Notes under the pieces: generated by a model
The model's database searches: none
What the model was told of the DNA's origin: nothing
What the model saw: only the letters and a program-made list of their open reading frames with translations
Program-made: the position numbers and the translations under genes
Virus record (IMG/VR): IMGVR_UViG_3300036760_000522
Span: 186,001 to 250,000 of that record
Reading direction: 5' to 3' (one strand)
DNA: 64,000 nt
Part shown: piece after piece, positions 54,805 through 63,962 of the stretch
Layout of the letters: each line of letters opens with the position of its first letter
Position numbering within the stretch: the stretch's first letter is position 1

Positions 54805-56156
54805 GCGACCTCGCTATGGACGTGCACGACCGTAATGATTTGTCCGCACGTCGGACAAACTCCGAGTTCCTTCATCTCCTGATCAAGCCGACGAAACTCC
54901 GACTCGTGGTTAGACAGGTCTTGTGACAGTTTATGGATCGTTCCAGTAAACTCGGTAAACTTGATCAACATGCGACCAATAGCTTGCAATTGTCTGGCTT
55001 CAGCTACCAAAGCCGACGGTTCCGGAGGAATGGCCAGATTCGATGTGGACAACAATCGGCGATAAGTCTGTGCACGCAGACTCAACGTTTCCAAGAACCT
55101 GCCAACTTGGGTCAATTCTCGCGCCTGCTGTTGAACACCGTCGTAAACCGGCAAATCACACGTAGCTGGACCCTCGGCCGCAGCAACTGTCGACGTCAGA
55201 GTCCTATGAAGAGCTTCGAAAACCACCACGAGACGCAAACACCTTGAAGCTTCTCGTATAGTGTCTGGAACCTCGATGCGAGGAGACAGTGCGCGTTCAA
55301 CGTTGCCAACGAAACTGTTCAAGCGCTCTGAGCTAACCGAGTAACCGTGGACCTGTCGAACCGCCTGATCAAGATCTCGAACCTGATAGTAATGAGGGAC
55401 CTTGGGTCTCAAAGCTTTCGTGATCGCTTCGTACCAACGCTTCAAAATCAAGGCGCGGTCCAGAAACGAAACTACGACCCCGACACGTTCACGTGCAGTA
55501 TTTACTGCCTGCTGCTGTTCTCGCACAGCTTCAACAGGTACTTGATCGAGGCCTACATAGCGTGTGAGTCTTCCGTTGTAGTCCGCAAGATCCTCGCATC
55601 GGACACGTCGTTCTGAAACTGCCGACTTGCGATCCTTAGAAACCAAAGATGACGCCGAGTTGATTCCGTCCAAACGAGCCACGTCACTCAAGACATCCGC
55701 GACCACAGGTCCAGACTGGTCCAGTAAGAAGACAGGCTCGAACTGTTTGGCAATCTGGATCAGCTCCTTGCTGGTCCCGATACGAACGGTGCGAAAGTCT
55801 GGCAACAGAAAGTCAGGTGTTCCGCGCTCCAAGCCCTCATACACATCCGTCCGACCGTTCCGCGTCACCGTATAGCGGTTCTCTGAATCTCCCTTGGCCC
55901 AAACCACTTCGATCTGAGAGGTCTTGACTCGAACCGACGCAAAGCAGCGGCACTTCTTGGCTCCACGTAGGCGACGTTCACACGTCAGGCCATGTCTGAC
56001 GAAGGAGGTCCCCACCGCGCCTGTCAACGCGTATCGTAAGGCCCGAGCAATCGCACTCTTGCCGGTGTTGCTGCGACCAACGATCGAAACGAATCCTTGT
56101 ACCACCAAACGGACATGTGTGATGGACTGGAAGTTGTTGACCTCGACTTCGATCAA
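54801..56156 (-). CDS. sbcC: SbcC/Rad50 N-terminal half (Walker A to zinc hook)
   Basis: VNNFQS, GRSNTGKS, Q-loop, terminal CPTCGQ. Confidence 0.85.
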   Translation of the reverse strand: MIEVEVNNFQSITHVRLVVQGFVSIVGRSNTGKSAIARALRYALTGAVGTSFVRHGLTCERRLRGAKKCRCFASVRVKTSQIEVVWAKGDSENRYTVTRNGRTDVYEGLERGTPDFLLPDFRTVRIGTSKELIQIAKQFEPVFLLDQSGPVVADVLSDVARLDGINSASSLVSKDRKSAVSERRVRCEDLADYNGRLTRYVGLDQVPVEAVREQQQAVNTARERVGVVVSFLDRALILKRWYEAITKALRPKVPHYYQVRDLDQAVRQVHGYSVSSERLNSFVGNVERALSPRIEVPDTIREASRCLRLVVVFEALHRTLTSTVAAAEGPATCDLPVYDGVQQQARELTQVGRFLETLSLRAQTYRRLLSTSNLAIPPEPSALVAEARQLQAIGRMLIKFTEFTGTIHKLSQDLSNHESEFRRLDQEMKELGVCPTCGQIITVVHVHSEVA

Positions 56157-57613
56157 GTTTCCTCTAGAGGCGCTAACAGATCATCCTCGTCAACTGCGTC
56201 CGCAACCTCTTCAACTTCCACCTCCACATCTGACCCATCGTCCCCATCTGCATCCATGCCAAGGCTCGACAAGAGGGCGTCATCCTCGCTCACAACAGTG
56301 TCTTCCGGTTCAGGCACTAACATGTTGTCACTGTCGTCACGAATCGCTGTAAGAACCAGAGTTTTCAGTTTCTCGAAAGATGCAGAATTCTGAATCAGGT
56401 ATTCTCGCAACTGCTCGCGTCCCCTGAAAGTATGGTCGGCGTACACGTAAGAAGATCCCGCCTTCTTGACAAGGCGATTGACCACCGCGGCTTCAATCAA
56501 ACTGTAGTGGTCGTCGTAACCATGGTTGAATCGAATGAAGACTCCTGCGACGCGCCCCTCCATAGCGTCTAGCTTCGACTTAACCACACGCACCCGTGTG
56601 TGGTTTCCGTACGGATAGTACACGTCCTTGCCAGTCACCTTGTCTCGGCGTTTGATACGCTCTGATTTCGTGCGGTTAAAACTCAAGCGCAAATAGGCGT
56701 AGAACTTCAACGCTTTCCCGCCAGCTGTGTTGGTATCCATCTGCGGGGCCCCGTAGCTACCGCCCCCAATCAACGATCTGGTTTGGTTTACCAGGATGAG
56801 TGCCATGCCCGTTGGAGACAACTTAGTGCTGCCCAACAACGCCGCAAGTTTTGGTAACGTATCTGAAAGTCCTCTCGCGCGAGCACCGATGGTAGCGTGT
56901 TCGTCGAGTCCCTTCTCGAGTTCGGACCTCGGAACCATGGCTGCAACAGAGTCAATCACGGCCAAATCACAACCCTGACGCATGGCCATTGCCAACAACT
57001 TCCAGCTCTCTTCCATCGAAGTCGGTTCGTAGTGCAGGAGTCGCTCCTCGAGATTGACGCCTATTTTTCGAGCATACCTGGGATTGAGAGCATGCTCGTG
57101 ATCCAGATACAGGCACCAACCCCCCTGTCGTTGACACGCAGCAATAGCTTCGAGGGCAGCGGTTGTCTTACCGCTCGCCTCAGGCCCAAAGATCTCAGTG
57201 ATCTTGCGTCGCGGATACCCGAGACAAATGGGCTTTCCGTTTTCCGCTAGCGTGCCGCCAATCAAGTGATCCAGAAGAAATGAACCAGAAGAAACAGAAG
57301 CGTAATTGTCACTGTGTTTGACTACTGCCTTAACCCCTGTTCGACGTTGTATTTCAGTGCGTGCAGCAGCAACCTGCTTCGCGGATTCCGCAGCACGCTT
57401 ACGTTGATCCGTCAATACCACCTGATCGGACAACGGTGAACGTGTGTTTTTGGGCTTAGCAGGCACAGGTTTCTTGTCGACTACCTCCTGCACTGCGGCT
57501 TTCACAGGTTTCTTCGCAGCATTTACTGATTCCAATTTCACTTCCTTATGGGGAACGGTCTCAACAGGGACCGACGAACTCCTCACAGAGCTGAACAACT
57601 TCCTAGCAGCCAT
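56153..57613 (-). CDS. recA: RecA recombinase with basic N-terminal and acidic C-terminal extensions
   Basis: EIFGPEASGKTT, VIDSVAAM, ILVNQ, GGKALKFYA. Confidence 0.95.
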   Translation of the reverse strand: MAARKLFSSVRSSSVPVETVPHKEVKLESVNAAKKPVKAAVQEVVDKKPVPAKPKNTRSPLSDQVVLTDQRKRAAESAKQVAAARTEIQRRTGVKAVVKHSDNYASVSSGSFLLDHLIGGTLAENGKPICLGYPRRKITEIFGPEASGKTTAALEAIAACQRQGGWCLYLDHEHALNPRYARKIGVNLEERLLHYEPTSMEESWKLLAMAMRQGCDLAVIDSVAAMVPRSELEKGLDEHATIGARARGLSDTLPKLAALLGSTKLSPTGMALILVNQTRSLIGGGSYGAPQMDTNTAGGKALKFYAYLRLSFNRTKSERIKRRDKVTGKDVYYPYGNHTRVRVVKSKLDAMEGRVAGVFIRFNHGYDDHYSLIEAAVVNRLVKKAGSSYVYADHTFRGREQLREYLIQNSASFEKLKTLVLTAIRDDSDNMLVPEPEDTVVSEDDALLSSLGMDADGDDGSDVEVEVEEVADAVDEDDLLAPLEET

Positions 57614-58272
57614 TGCTTGAGACCCTCTTCATTTGGATCGACTGGAACCTTGGAGAACCTGAAAAAGCGCTGTCCCTCCTTAGACACCAAACCTCGATGA
57701 TGGGGCCGCAGATCCTGCTCTTGAGGGCCCATACGAAAAAACGAACTCTTCTCAGACGGCGTCAGGTCCGCCACCTCCAAAGAGCCGTCGAGAACAGACC
57801 AAAACCAAGCCGCGGAACGCGCTATCAAATAGGCATCAGCTTCATCATGAGTCCAGCGTCGTACACCTGTATCGGCCTTCGCGGCTTCTTTCATGTCCTG
57901 TTTATCCATCTTGCCGCGTCGCACGGAAGGATCCAACTTGGCTAGCATCTTGACTGTCGAAGGATCGAAAAAAACAACATCTCGGCGGCACAAATAAACA
58001 GCTTCGTTGACGTACACGAACAATGCGTAGAGGCCCGGACTCCAGGACTCACCAAAAGGCGGGGACTCGACACCGACAGCTTCGATCTCCGGGTGATCGC
58101 AAATCAACTTGACCAACAAAGATCGAAGCTGAAGGTACCGAACAAGGAACACTTCTCGTGCCGAAGTACGAAAGACTCCCTTGGCACGTACACGATCTGC
58201 ACCCAACATCCTCGAATCGTGTACGCACCAACCGAAGCCGGTCAACGACGGATCAACACCTAGTGTGATCAA
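57583..58272 (-). CDS. ruvC: RuvC-like Holliday junction resolvase
   Basis: LGVDPSLTGFGW, VGVE, DEADAYLIA. Confidence 0.85.
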   Translation of the reverse strand: MITLGVDPSLTGFGWCVHDSRMLGADRVRAKGVFRTSAREVFLVRYLQLRSLLVKLICDHPEIEAVGVESPPFGESWSPGLYALFVYVNEAVYLCRRDVVFFDPSTVKMLAKLDPSVRRGKMDKQDMKEAAKADTGVRRWTHDEADAYLIARSAAWFWSVLDGSLEVADLTPSEKSSFFRMGPQEQDLRPHHRGLVSKEGQRFFRFSKVPVDPNEEGLKQWLLGSCSAL

Positions 58273-59153
58273 ACGTTGTCAATCAAATCTGAGAAGTCAT
58301 CAGACCCCGTGTCAGCAGCTACAGAAGAAGAGGCGTCGAGCCCCAACTTTTCGCTCAACTCCAGAGTCGTCATTGTACGGAACGGTATCAGTTTCTTCCC
58401 GTAGAACGCGTAGGCCTTCTCCAAAATCTCGTAATGCAAGTCCGGCCAACGAAGTTTTCCGCTCTCGTCACGAGCTGTCCAAAAGGCCTTACCGGCAGGA
58501 TCCACGTTGAAGTTCTGGTACCCACTATTTGTGCACACCAACATCAGATCTTGTGTGGCTAACGACAGGTCATTCTCCTTCAATGACTTTTGCAGCTCAT
58601 TGAGCCGTTGATACACCGCGGAGCTAGGCCGCCATGGGACAACATACCAATCCTTCTGCACGCGTTCCTTCATGAGATTGCCTTGTCGATCCGTCGGATA
58701 GACCACCAAGACTGTCGTGAAGTAGACCTTCGAGTCTCCCATCTTCTCCCAAATTTTGTCGGCTTCCGGGCCCTCTTTGCCCGTACGCATAGCGTACCCG
58801 ACGCCTTCCTTGTAGTACGCTGTGGTCGGCACGAATCTAACCTGAGAAGTGTCCAGCACCTCATGGGGCTGCAACTGCCCGACTGGCTTGTTGCGTTCCT
58901 CAGCGCGTCGTGTGAGTGCCTTAACAATTCCAGTCTTCAGCTCAGCATCGGTGATATCCGGCTTTTTCAGCTTCAATGCACGCGTCACCGCTACCTTGAG
59001 CGGGCTGAAGTACAGCAAAGCCACGCGGTAGCGGTGATCTTTTTCGCCCTTGAACCATGAAGACCGTGTTGTGTACTTGGACACCTCGTCATCGGACAAG
59101 CCAATATCTGCGTCACCAACATCCGGAACTTCTACCTCAAATTCTTCTGACAT
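58269..59153 (-). CDS. T4 gp32-like single-stranded DNA-binding protein
   Basis: WFK...YRV, acidic tail DDFSDLIDNV, position next to recA/ruvC; AGGAG SD. Confidence 0.65.
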   Translation of the reverse strand: MSEEFEVEVPDVGDADIGLSDDEVSKYTTRSSWFKGEKDHRYRVALLYFSPLKVAVTRALKLKKPDITDAELKTGIVKALTRRAEERNKPVGQLQPHEVLDTSQVRFVPTTAYYKEGVGYAMRTGKEGPEADKIWEKMGDSKVYFTTVLVVYPTDRQGNLMKERVQKDWYVVPWRPSSAVYQRLNELQKSLKENDLSLATQDLMLVCTNSGYQNFNVDPAGKAFWTARDESGKLRWPDLHYEILEKAYAFYGKKLIPFRTMTTLELSEKLGLDASSSVAADTGSDDFSDLIDNV

Positions 59154-59163
59154 TTTTCACTCC

Positions 59164-59239
59164 TAGAGGGGTTTAGTGGGGAGCGGAGAACTGACAAGGG
59201 GTTTGTTTCAAGGACAGTCTCCACCACCCCGATCCTCTA
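59164..59239 (-). promoter_or_regulatory. Long imperfect stem-loop in the 5' leader of the SSB gene
   Basis: TAGAGG..GGGG..GGAGA.CTG / CAG.TCTCC..CCCC..CCTCTA, ending at the SD. Confidence 0.55.
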
Positions 59240-60019
59240 CTACACCAAGTCATCCAAAAACTTTTGCATGGCAATTTCGTCAGGATCAGTAGGCGCGTCC
59301 TCCGCCTCTTTAAGTTCAGACGCCGCAAACAAGTCGTCGAACGCCTCTTCTGCGGTTTGCGGTTTTTCAATTTCAGGTGTCGCTTCTTCCGTTTCAACCT
59401 CTCCGTCACCTTCATTTTGTGGCGGAGAGGTTGAAACAGGACCACCTTCCAGCCAATTCAAGAGACTCTCGTCGTCATCTGGCATAGTCTTCGACGATCT
59501 AGTATCCTTTCGCGGCTCCTCCCCCTCGTCACCGTAAAACGCTCCTGTTTTGAGCGAAGAAACTATCAAGCTGCGTTGCATCCGAATAGACGACACTGTG
59601 CTTTCTAGTTCCTGATGCCGATGTCGGATCACCCGATTAACAAGTTTGAGTTCCTTGATCGCGAGACTGCATATCGAGATCTTGGAACGATCCTCTTTCA
59701 AAATGTGGTTGATCATGGCTACCCGATCTCGGAGATTGGGCAGCATGGTTACACGCCTATCAGTCGACAGAAGATCGTCGCTTGAGACTTGGTACGCAGC
59801 CTCGTACGCAGCCAGGTCCATCTCGAGTTGGTGGAGTTCCCGGTAGACTTCGGACGAAAAGAGGCTCACACGGTTCAGGAAACCGCGCGTTTTGAAAATC
59901 AGGTCCTGTAAATACGGAGGACCGAGGGACGCTGGATCAGAAACCAGATCGACCGTCAGTGTCGCAAGCTCTTTGTAGATCTGCTCAATTCGCTCGGGGC
60001 TCACCGGTGGATACAACAC
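59240..60019 (-). CDS. Coiled-coil protein with acidic tail (possible recombination mediator)
   Basis: Helical N-half and acidic C-tail; start may be GTG 60004. Confidence 0.7.
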   Translation of the reverse strand: MLYPPVSPERIEQIYKELATLTVDLVSDPASLGPPYLQDLIFKTRGFLNRVSLFSSEVYRELHQLEMDLAAYEAAYQVSSDDLLSTDRRVTMLPNLRDRVAMINHILKEDRSKISICSLAIKELKLVNRVIRHRHQELESTVSSIRMQRSLIVSSLKTGAFYGDEGEEPRKDTRSSKTMPDDDESLLNWLEGGPVSTSPPQNEGDGEVETEEATPEIEKPQTAEEAFDDLFAASELKEAEDAPTDPDEIAMQKFLDDLV

Positions 60020-62213
60020 CGGTGAGTGCAGACTCCAAAACCGAGGACAAAACCGTGTTCCTATTGACCACTTGGTTGTTGTCTACAGCCCGCTGAACAG
60101 CTTGCACCGAGCCGATCAACCAAACGCGTTTCCGAGCCCTCGTCACTGCCGTGTACAGGAGATTGCGCTGCAACATGATGCCCTGTGAAGGCATGATCGG
60201 CAAAATAATGTGATCGAATTCCGAGCCTTGACAGCGATGCACGGTGACTGCGTAAGCCAGCTTCAATTTCTTCGCAGCCTCATGAGGCTCAAAGTCAACC
60301 AAGAAAACAGGGCCATCAGGATTTGTGTCGTGTATGCGAACCGACATCGTACCGTCACGACCAATCGTTCTCAATGTTCCGACATCCCCATTGTAAACGT
60401 TGAGACGGTAGTCATTCGCGATCACCATTACTCGATCGCCCTCTCGAAATCGTGTAGCTCCGTGTTTGTACTCGGGCGGTCCTTCAGGATTCAAAGCATC
60501 CCGCAAACTCATATTCAAACTGTCGACGCCTATTGTGCCTTTGTACTTGGGCGACAGGATCTGAAAATTGGCATGCTGATTCTTCAGTTTCACAGCCATA
60601 TCCACAATCAGCTTCAGGATTGCGTCTTCGCTCTCGAGGGGTTTGAACCGAAACTCTGAAGTGGCCGCCTGCTGCAAGTTAGGCAATTGCCCACCATGAA
60701 TCGCGTGTGCCGCCGAGACGATCTCCCCTTTCACAGACTGGCGAAACACCTCCGTGAGTCTGACCTGTGGAATTTTACTGCAACGAAGCAGCTCACACAA
60801 AACGTGGCCCGGTCCGACACTCGGCAACTGGGCGTCGTCGCCGACCAAAATCAGCCGTGTTCCAGGGTGCAATGCAACCAAGAGTCGATACAGCAATTCT
60901 TGGTCGACCATGGACATCTCGTCCAAAATAACGGCGTCGGCGGTGTAGCGACGAAAGGCATTGAAACCCCAGGACTCGCCGTCATAACCAAGAGCTCTGT
61001 GTACCGTAGAGGCTGGACGGCCAGTCATCGCTGACAACCGTTTAGCCGCGATCCCTGTAGGAGCCATCAATTTCACATTGAGCTTGGCTTCCTCGAGTAA
61101 GTGCACAATCGCTCGAGTCGTCTGTGTTTTTCCTGTTCCAGGCAACCCTGTGATGACCAGTACGTGTTCACGGGCCAAGGTCTCGACTGCTTGTCGTTGT
61201 GACGCCGACAACGTCATGTGAGACTTTTCGTAAGCAATCAAAAATGGATCGAGGTCCACCTTGATCGTCGAGGATGTAACCAGCGATACCAAGTGCTTCG
61301 CGGTATCCCGCTCATATCTGTACAAATCGTTCAAGTAGAGACCCGCACGATCAATCGTCACCGCCTTTTGACGTGACAAGGCCTTCACCGCTTCGTCAAT
61401 CGCGCCCTTCTCGTCGGGCTTGTACTCCAACGGTTCCACATCTTCTTGCCGTGGGAGAGTCTCCAGAATCCGGAGCAACCCTGTTCGACCTAAGTAGAGA
61501 TGTCCCCGTCGAGAGCCCTCCTGCAAGGCCCACAGAATGGCTCCTTGCACACGTCGAGGATCTGATAGTGCAACCCCTAAATGTAAAGCTACACGGTCAA
61601 CCCGTGCGAAAGGCAGGAAGCCGATCTCCGTCAACCGATACGGGTTTCCCAAGATCACTCCAGGGGCTTCAGACCCAAAACGGATCATAGCCGCTTGAGT
61701 TTCCGTAGGACTGAGCCCTCCATCCCTCAGCAACACAGACAGGTCTCGTCGTTGTAGCGCTAGATCCCAAGCCAGTGTGGCGCCGGACAAGGCCTCACGC
61801 GTGACAACGTTGTTGGCCAAGTCTGAGATCTCGGATGCTTTTTCGGACAAAGCGTCAAACGTCTCTTCTTTGTACCGCTCTGCAATCAGACTGACGACGC
61901 GATAATCTGCCAACCCGTCGATGCAGCGCAGGAAAAGCACGATCTCTTGCAAATTCGGCGTGCTCAAGTAATCCCACGTACGAAACGAAAACGCGTCACC
62001 GTAGCGCTTGTTACGTGTCCACCTACCAACCAAACGAATCGGGATCCCCTCGTAAACTGTGGCAAGCCCGTACAGATTGCCCTTGGCTTTTACGGGTCTC
62101 CCAGTACCTGCGTCTAGCGACAAAATGTAGTAAGACTCTCGATTGAAAATGATCGAGTTGACAACGCCATCAATGACGCTGTCTTCCTTCTTCGACGACT
62201 CGTCCTCGAACAC
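59985..62213 (-). CDS. recD2: RecD2-type SF1B helicase
   Basis: NPYRL, GLPGTGKT, DEMSM, GDDAQLPSVGPG, LTEVFRQ, TVHRCQGSE, YTAVTRA. Confidence 0.93.
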   Translation of the reverse strand: MFEDESSKKEDSVIDGVVNSIIFNRESYYILSLDAGTGRPVKAKGNLYGLATVYEGIPIRLVGRWTRNKRYGDAFSFRTWDYLSTPNLQEIVLFLRCIDGLADYRVVSLIAERYKEETFDALSEKASEISDLANNVVTREALSGATLAWDLALQRRDLSVLLRDGGLSPTETQAAMIRFGSEAPGVILGNPYRLTEIGFLPFARVDRVALHLGVALSDPRRVQGAILWALQEGSRRGHLYLGRTGLLRILETLPRQEDVEPLEYKPDEKGAIDEAVKALSRQKAVTIDRAGLYLNDLYRYERDTAKHLVSLVTSSTIKVDLDPFLIAYEKSHMTLSASQRQAVETLAREHVLVITGLPGTGKTQTTRAIVHLLEEAKLNVKLMAPTGIAAKRLSAMTGRPASTVHRALGYDGESWGFNAFRRYTADAVILDEMSMVDQELLYRLLVALHPGTRLILVGDDAQLPSVGPGHVLCELLRCSKIPQVRLTEVFRQSVKGEIVSAAHAIHGGQLPNLQQAATSEFRFKPLESEDAILKLIVDMAVKLKNQHANFQILSPKYKGTIGVDSLNMSLRDALNPEGPPEYKHGATRFREGDRVMVIANDYRLNVYNGDVGTLRTIGRDGTMSVRIHDTNPDGPVFLVDFEPHEAAKKLKLAYAVTVHRCQGSEFDHIILPIMPSQGIMLQRNLLYTAVTRARKRVWLIGSVQAVQRAVDNNQVVNRNTVLSSVLESALTGVVSTGEPRAN

Positions 62214-62216
62214 TGT

Positions 62217-63149
62217 CTATCGATCTATGCTAGGAACCGCGGCCATCGCCAGCGTATGAAAATGTGTGGGGTCCTTAGCGGTCGTCAAATCCAAATCAAA
62301 ATTTGGAATCACAGCCTGGGCAATGAGCTTGGCCTTGAACTCGCCAACTTCACGGTCGGACAAACCGTACACGGCTATCTCCTTGTCGGACATCGAGGCC
62401 ACTCGTCCCATATTTCCGATAAGGCAATTCATCTCCATGCGACTGAATGTGACGGCACAACGGGCGTAATCGACCCAAGCCTCGAAGGCCAGCGGTGCAA
62501 CACAACGAGCTAAACCAGCCTTGACCCGAGCGAATTCCTGTATCTCCCACTGAGCGTGTGAGTCCGTCCGCAGAGTCAGGAAATGGAGCAGATTGTGGAG
62601 ATCAATCTTCCAGTACCACTCCGTATACAAGCCTAGACTGAGAGGAACACGAGCAAGCTCCCGAGCGATCTCCTCGGTTAGAGCATCAACGTACCCAGAA
62701 CTAACGTGGCTGTAGAGCACTTTCCACGTCGACATCCAACGATCATAGGTTTCACGGTCGGTCTGTTCACTGCGCCCCTGGCGGTTCGCACTGCTCTGTT
62801 TTCGGAAGACTTCAAACTCCGGAACGTAGAATTGTAAAGGAGCCAACGAATACCGCATTGAGAATTCGTTCACATTTGCCGTGCGATGTCGGATCAACTG
62901 ACGCGCAACGAAAATCGGCAGTTTCACGTGAAACTTCAACTCCACCATTTCTAGTGGTGTGGTGTGGTGCTGACGAACCAAATACCGGATTAGGCCACGA
63001 TCGTCACTTACGGTCTTCGTGCCCGGTCCATAGGAAACCCGAGCAGCCTGTACGATCGAGGCGTCCCCGCCCATATAGTCGACGAGAGCAACGAACCCGT
63101 GATTCAAAACCGGAAAGTACTTGCCTTTGACTTCGTCTGCGGTGGGCAT
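62217..63149 (-). CDS. thyX: Flavin-dependent thymidylate synthase
   Basis: AARVSY, HTTPLE, RHRTANVNEFSMRY, ELARVPL, AQWEI. Confidence 0.95.
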   Translation of the reverse strand: MPTADEVKGKYFPVLNHGFVALVDYMGGDASIVQAARVSYGPGTKTVSDDRGLIRYLVRQHHTTPLEMVELKFHVKLPIFVARQLIRHRTANVNEFSMRYSLAPLQFYVPEFEVFRKQSSANRQGRSEQTDRETYDRWMSTWKVLYSHVSSGYVDALTEEIARELARVPLSLGLYTEWYWKIDLHNLLHFLTLRTDSHAQWEIQEFARVKAGLARCVAPLAFEAWVDYARCAVTFSRMEMNCLIGNMGRVASMSDKEIAVYGLSDREVGEFKAKLIAQAVIPNFDLDLTTAKDPTHFHTLAMAAVPSIDR

Positions 63150-63182
63150 GGGAGCCCTAACACCGGCTCAGAAACCAAGGAT

Positions 63183-63962
63183 TTAGCACAAATCTACGAA
63201 AGCAATCTCAGAGATACACGCTGTACCGAGCTTGCGAGCCGCCTGAGCCTTCGACGACGTTGACTCCGGATCCGACATAACCAAGTACGTGAGACCGCGC
63301 ACAACGGACGATTTGACCGATGCGCCTGCCTGCTCAGCCAAACGTTCAAGCTCAGCTCTAGGTCGCGACGACTTGCCTGTGAAGCACACCGACTTGCCTG
63401 TGAGCTTACCTGAAGAACGTTCCCGCAAAGAAACTCCAGCCTCCAAAATGTCATCCACCATGGCGTGGTTCTTTGTCAGCCAAGCGACCAAAGCCTCAGC
63501 TCGAGAAGGACCGACGCTTGGCACAGTACACAGCTGATTCGATCGCGCTGTCCGAAGCTTTTCCACAGTGTAGAAACCCGCCAACACGAGTGCTTCGAAT
63601 GTGATCTCCCCACAAAGCGGAACACAAAGTGACCCAAGGAACTTGGGTAAGGAAACAGGTAGCGGGCGACGCAGCTCCGACAATAACTTCCTCGCAGATA
63701 CCTCTCCCAAGCCAGAAATCCCGACCAAGTCCTCGTACCGAAGCCGGTACAGGTCCGCAACAGACTCCACGTGTTTTCCGACGACGAGTTTCTCGATCAC
63801 GACCTCGCCCCATTCCAAGATCCCAAGCCCTTTGACCCAGCGACGAATTCGGCCCACCGTTTGAGCCGGGCAATTTTCGACATTGGTGCAGACAAGATGC
63901 TCTCCTTCCCAGTGGACAGCGGACTGACACGCTGGACACACTTCAGGAAACAATGCCAACAC
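63183..63962 (-). CDS. ligA: NAD-dependent DNA ligase, C-terminal part only (Zn finger, HhH, BRCT)
   Basis: CPAC...CTN...CPAQ, HhH motifs, LTGKSVCFTG...SSKAQAARKLG; in-frame TAA at 63995-63993 upstream. Confidence 0.85.
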   Translation of the reverse strand: MLALFPEVCPACQSAVHWEGEHLVCTNVENCPAQTVGRIRRWVKGLGILEWGEVVIEKLVVGKHVESVADLYRLRYEDLVGISGLGEVSARKLLSELRRPLPVSLPKFLGSLCVPLCGEITFEALVLAGFYTVEKLRTARSNQLCTVPSVGPSRAEALVAWLTKNHAMVDDILEAGVSLRERSSGKLTGKSVCFTGKSSRPRAELERLAEQAGASVKSSVVRGLTYLVMSDPESTSSKAQAARKLGTACISEIAFVDLC

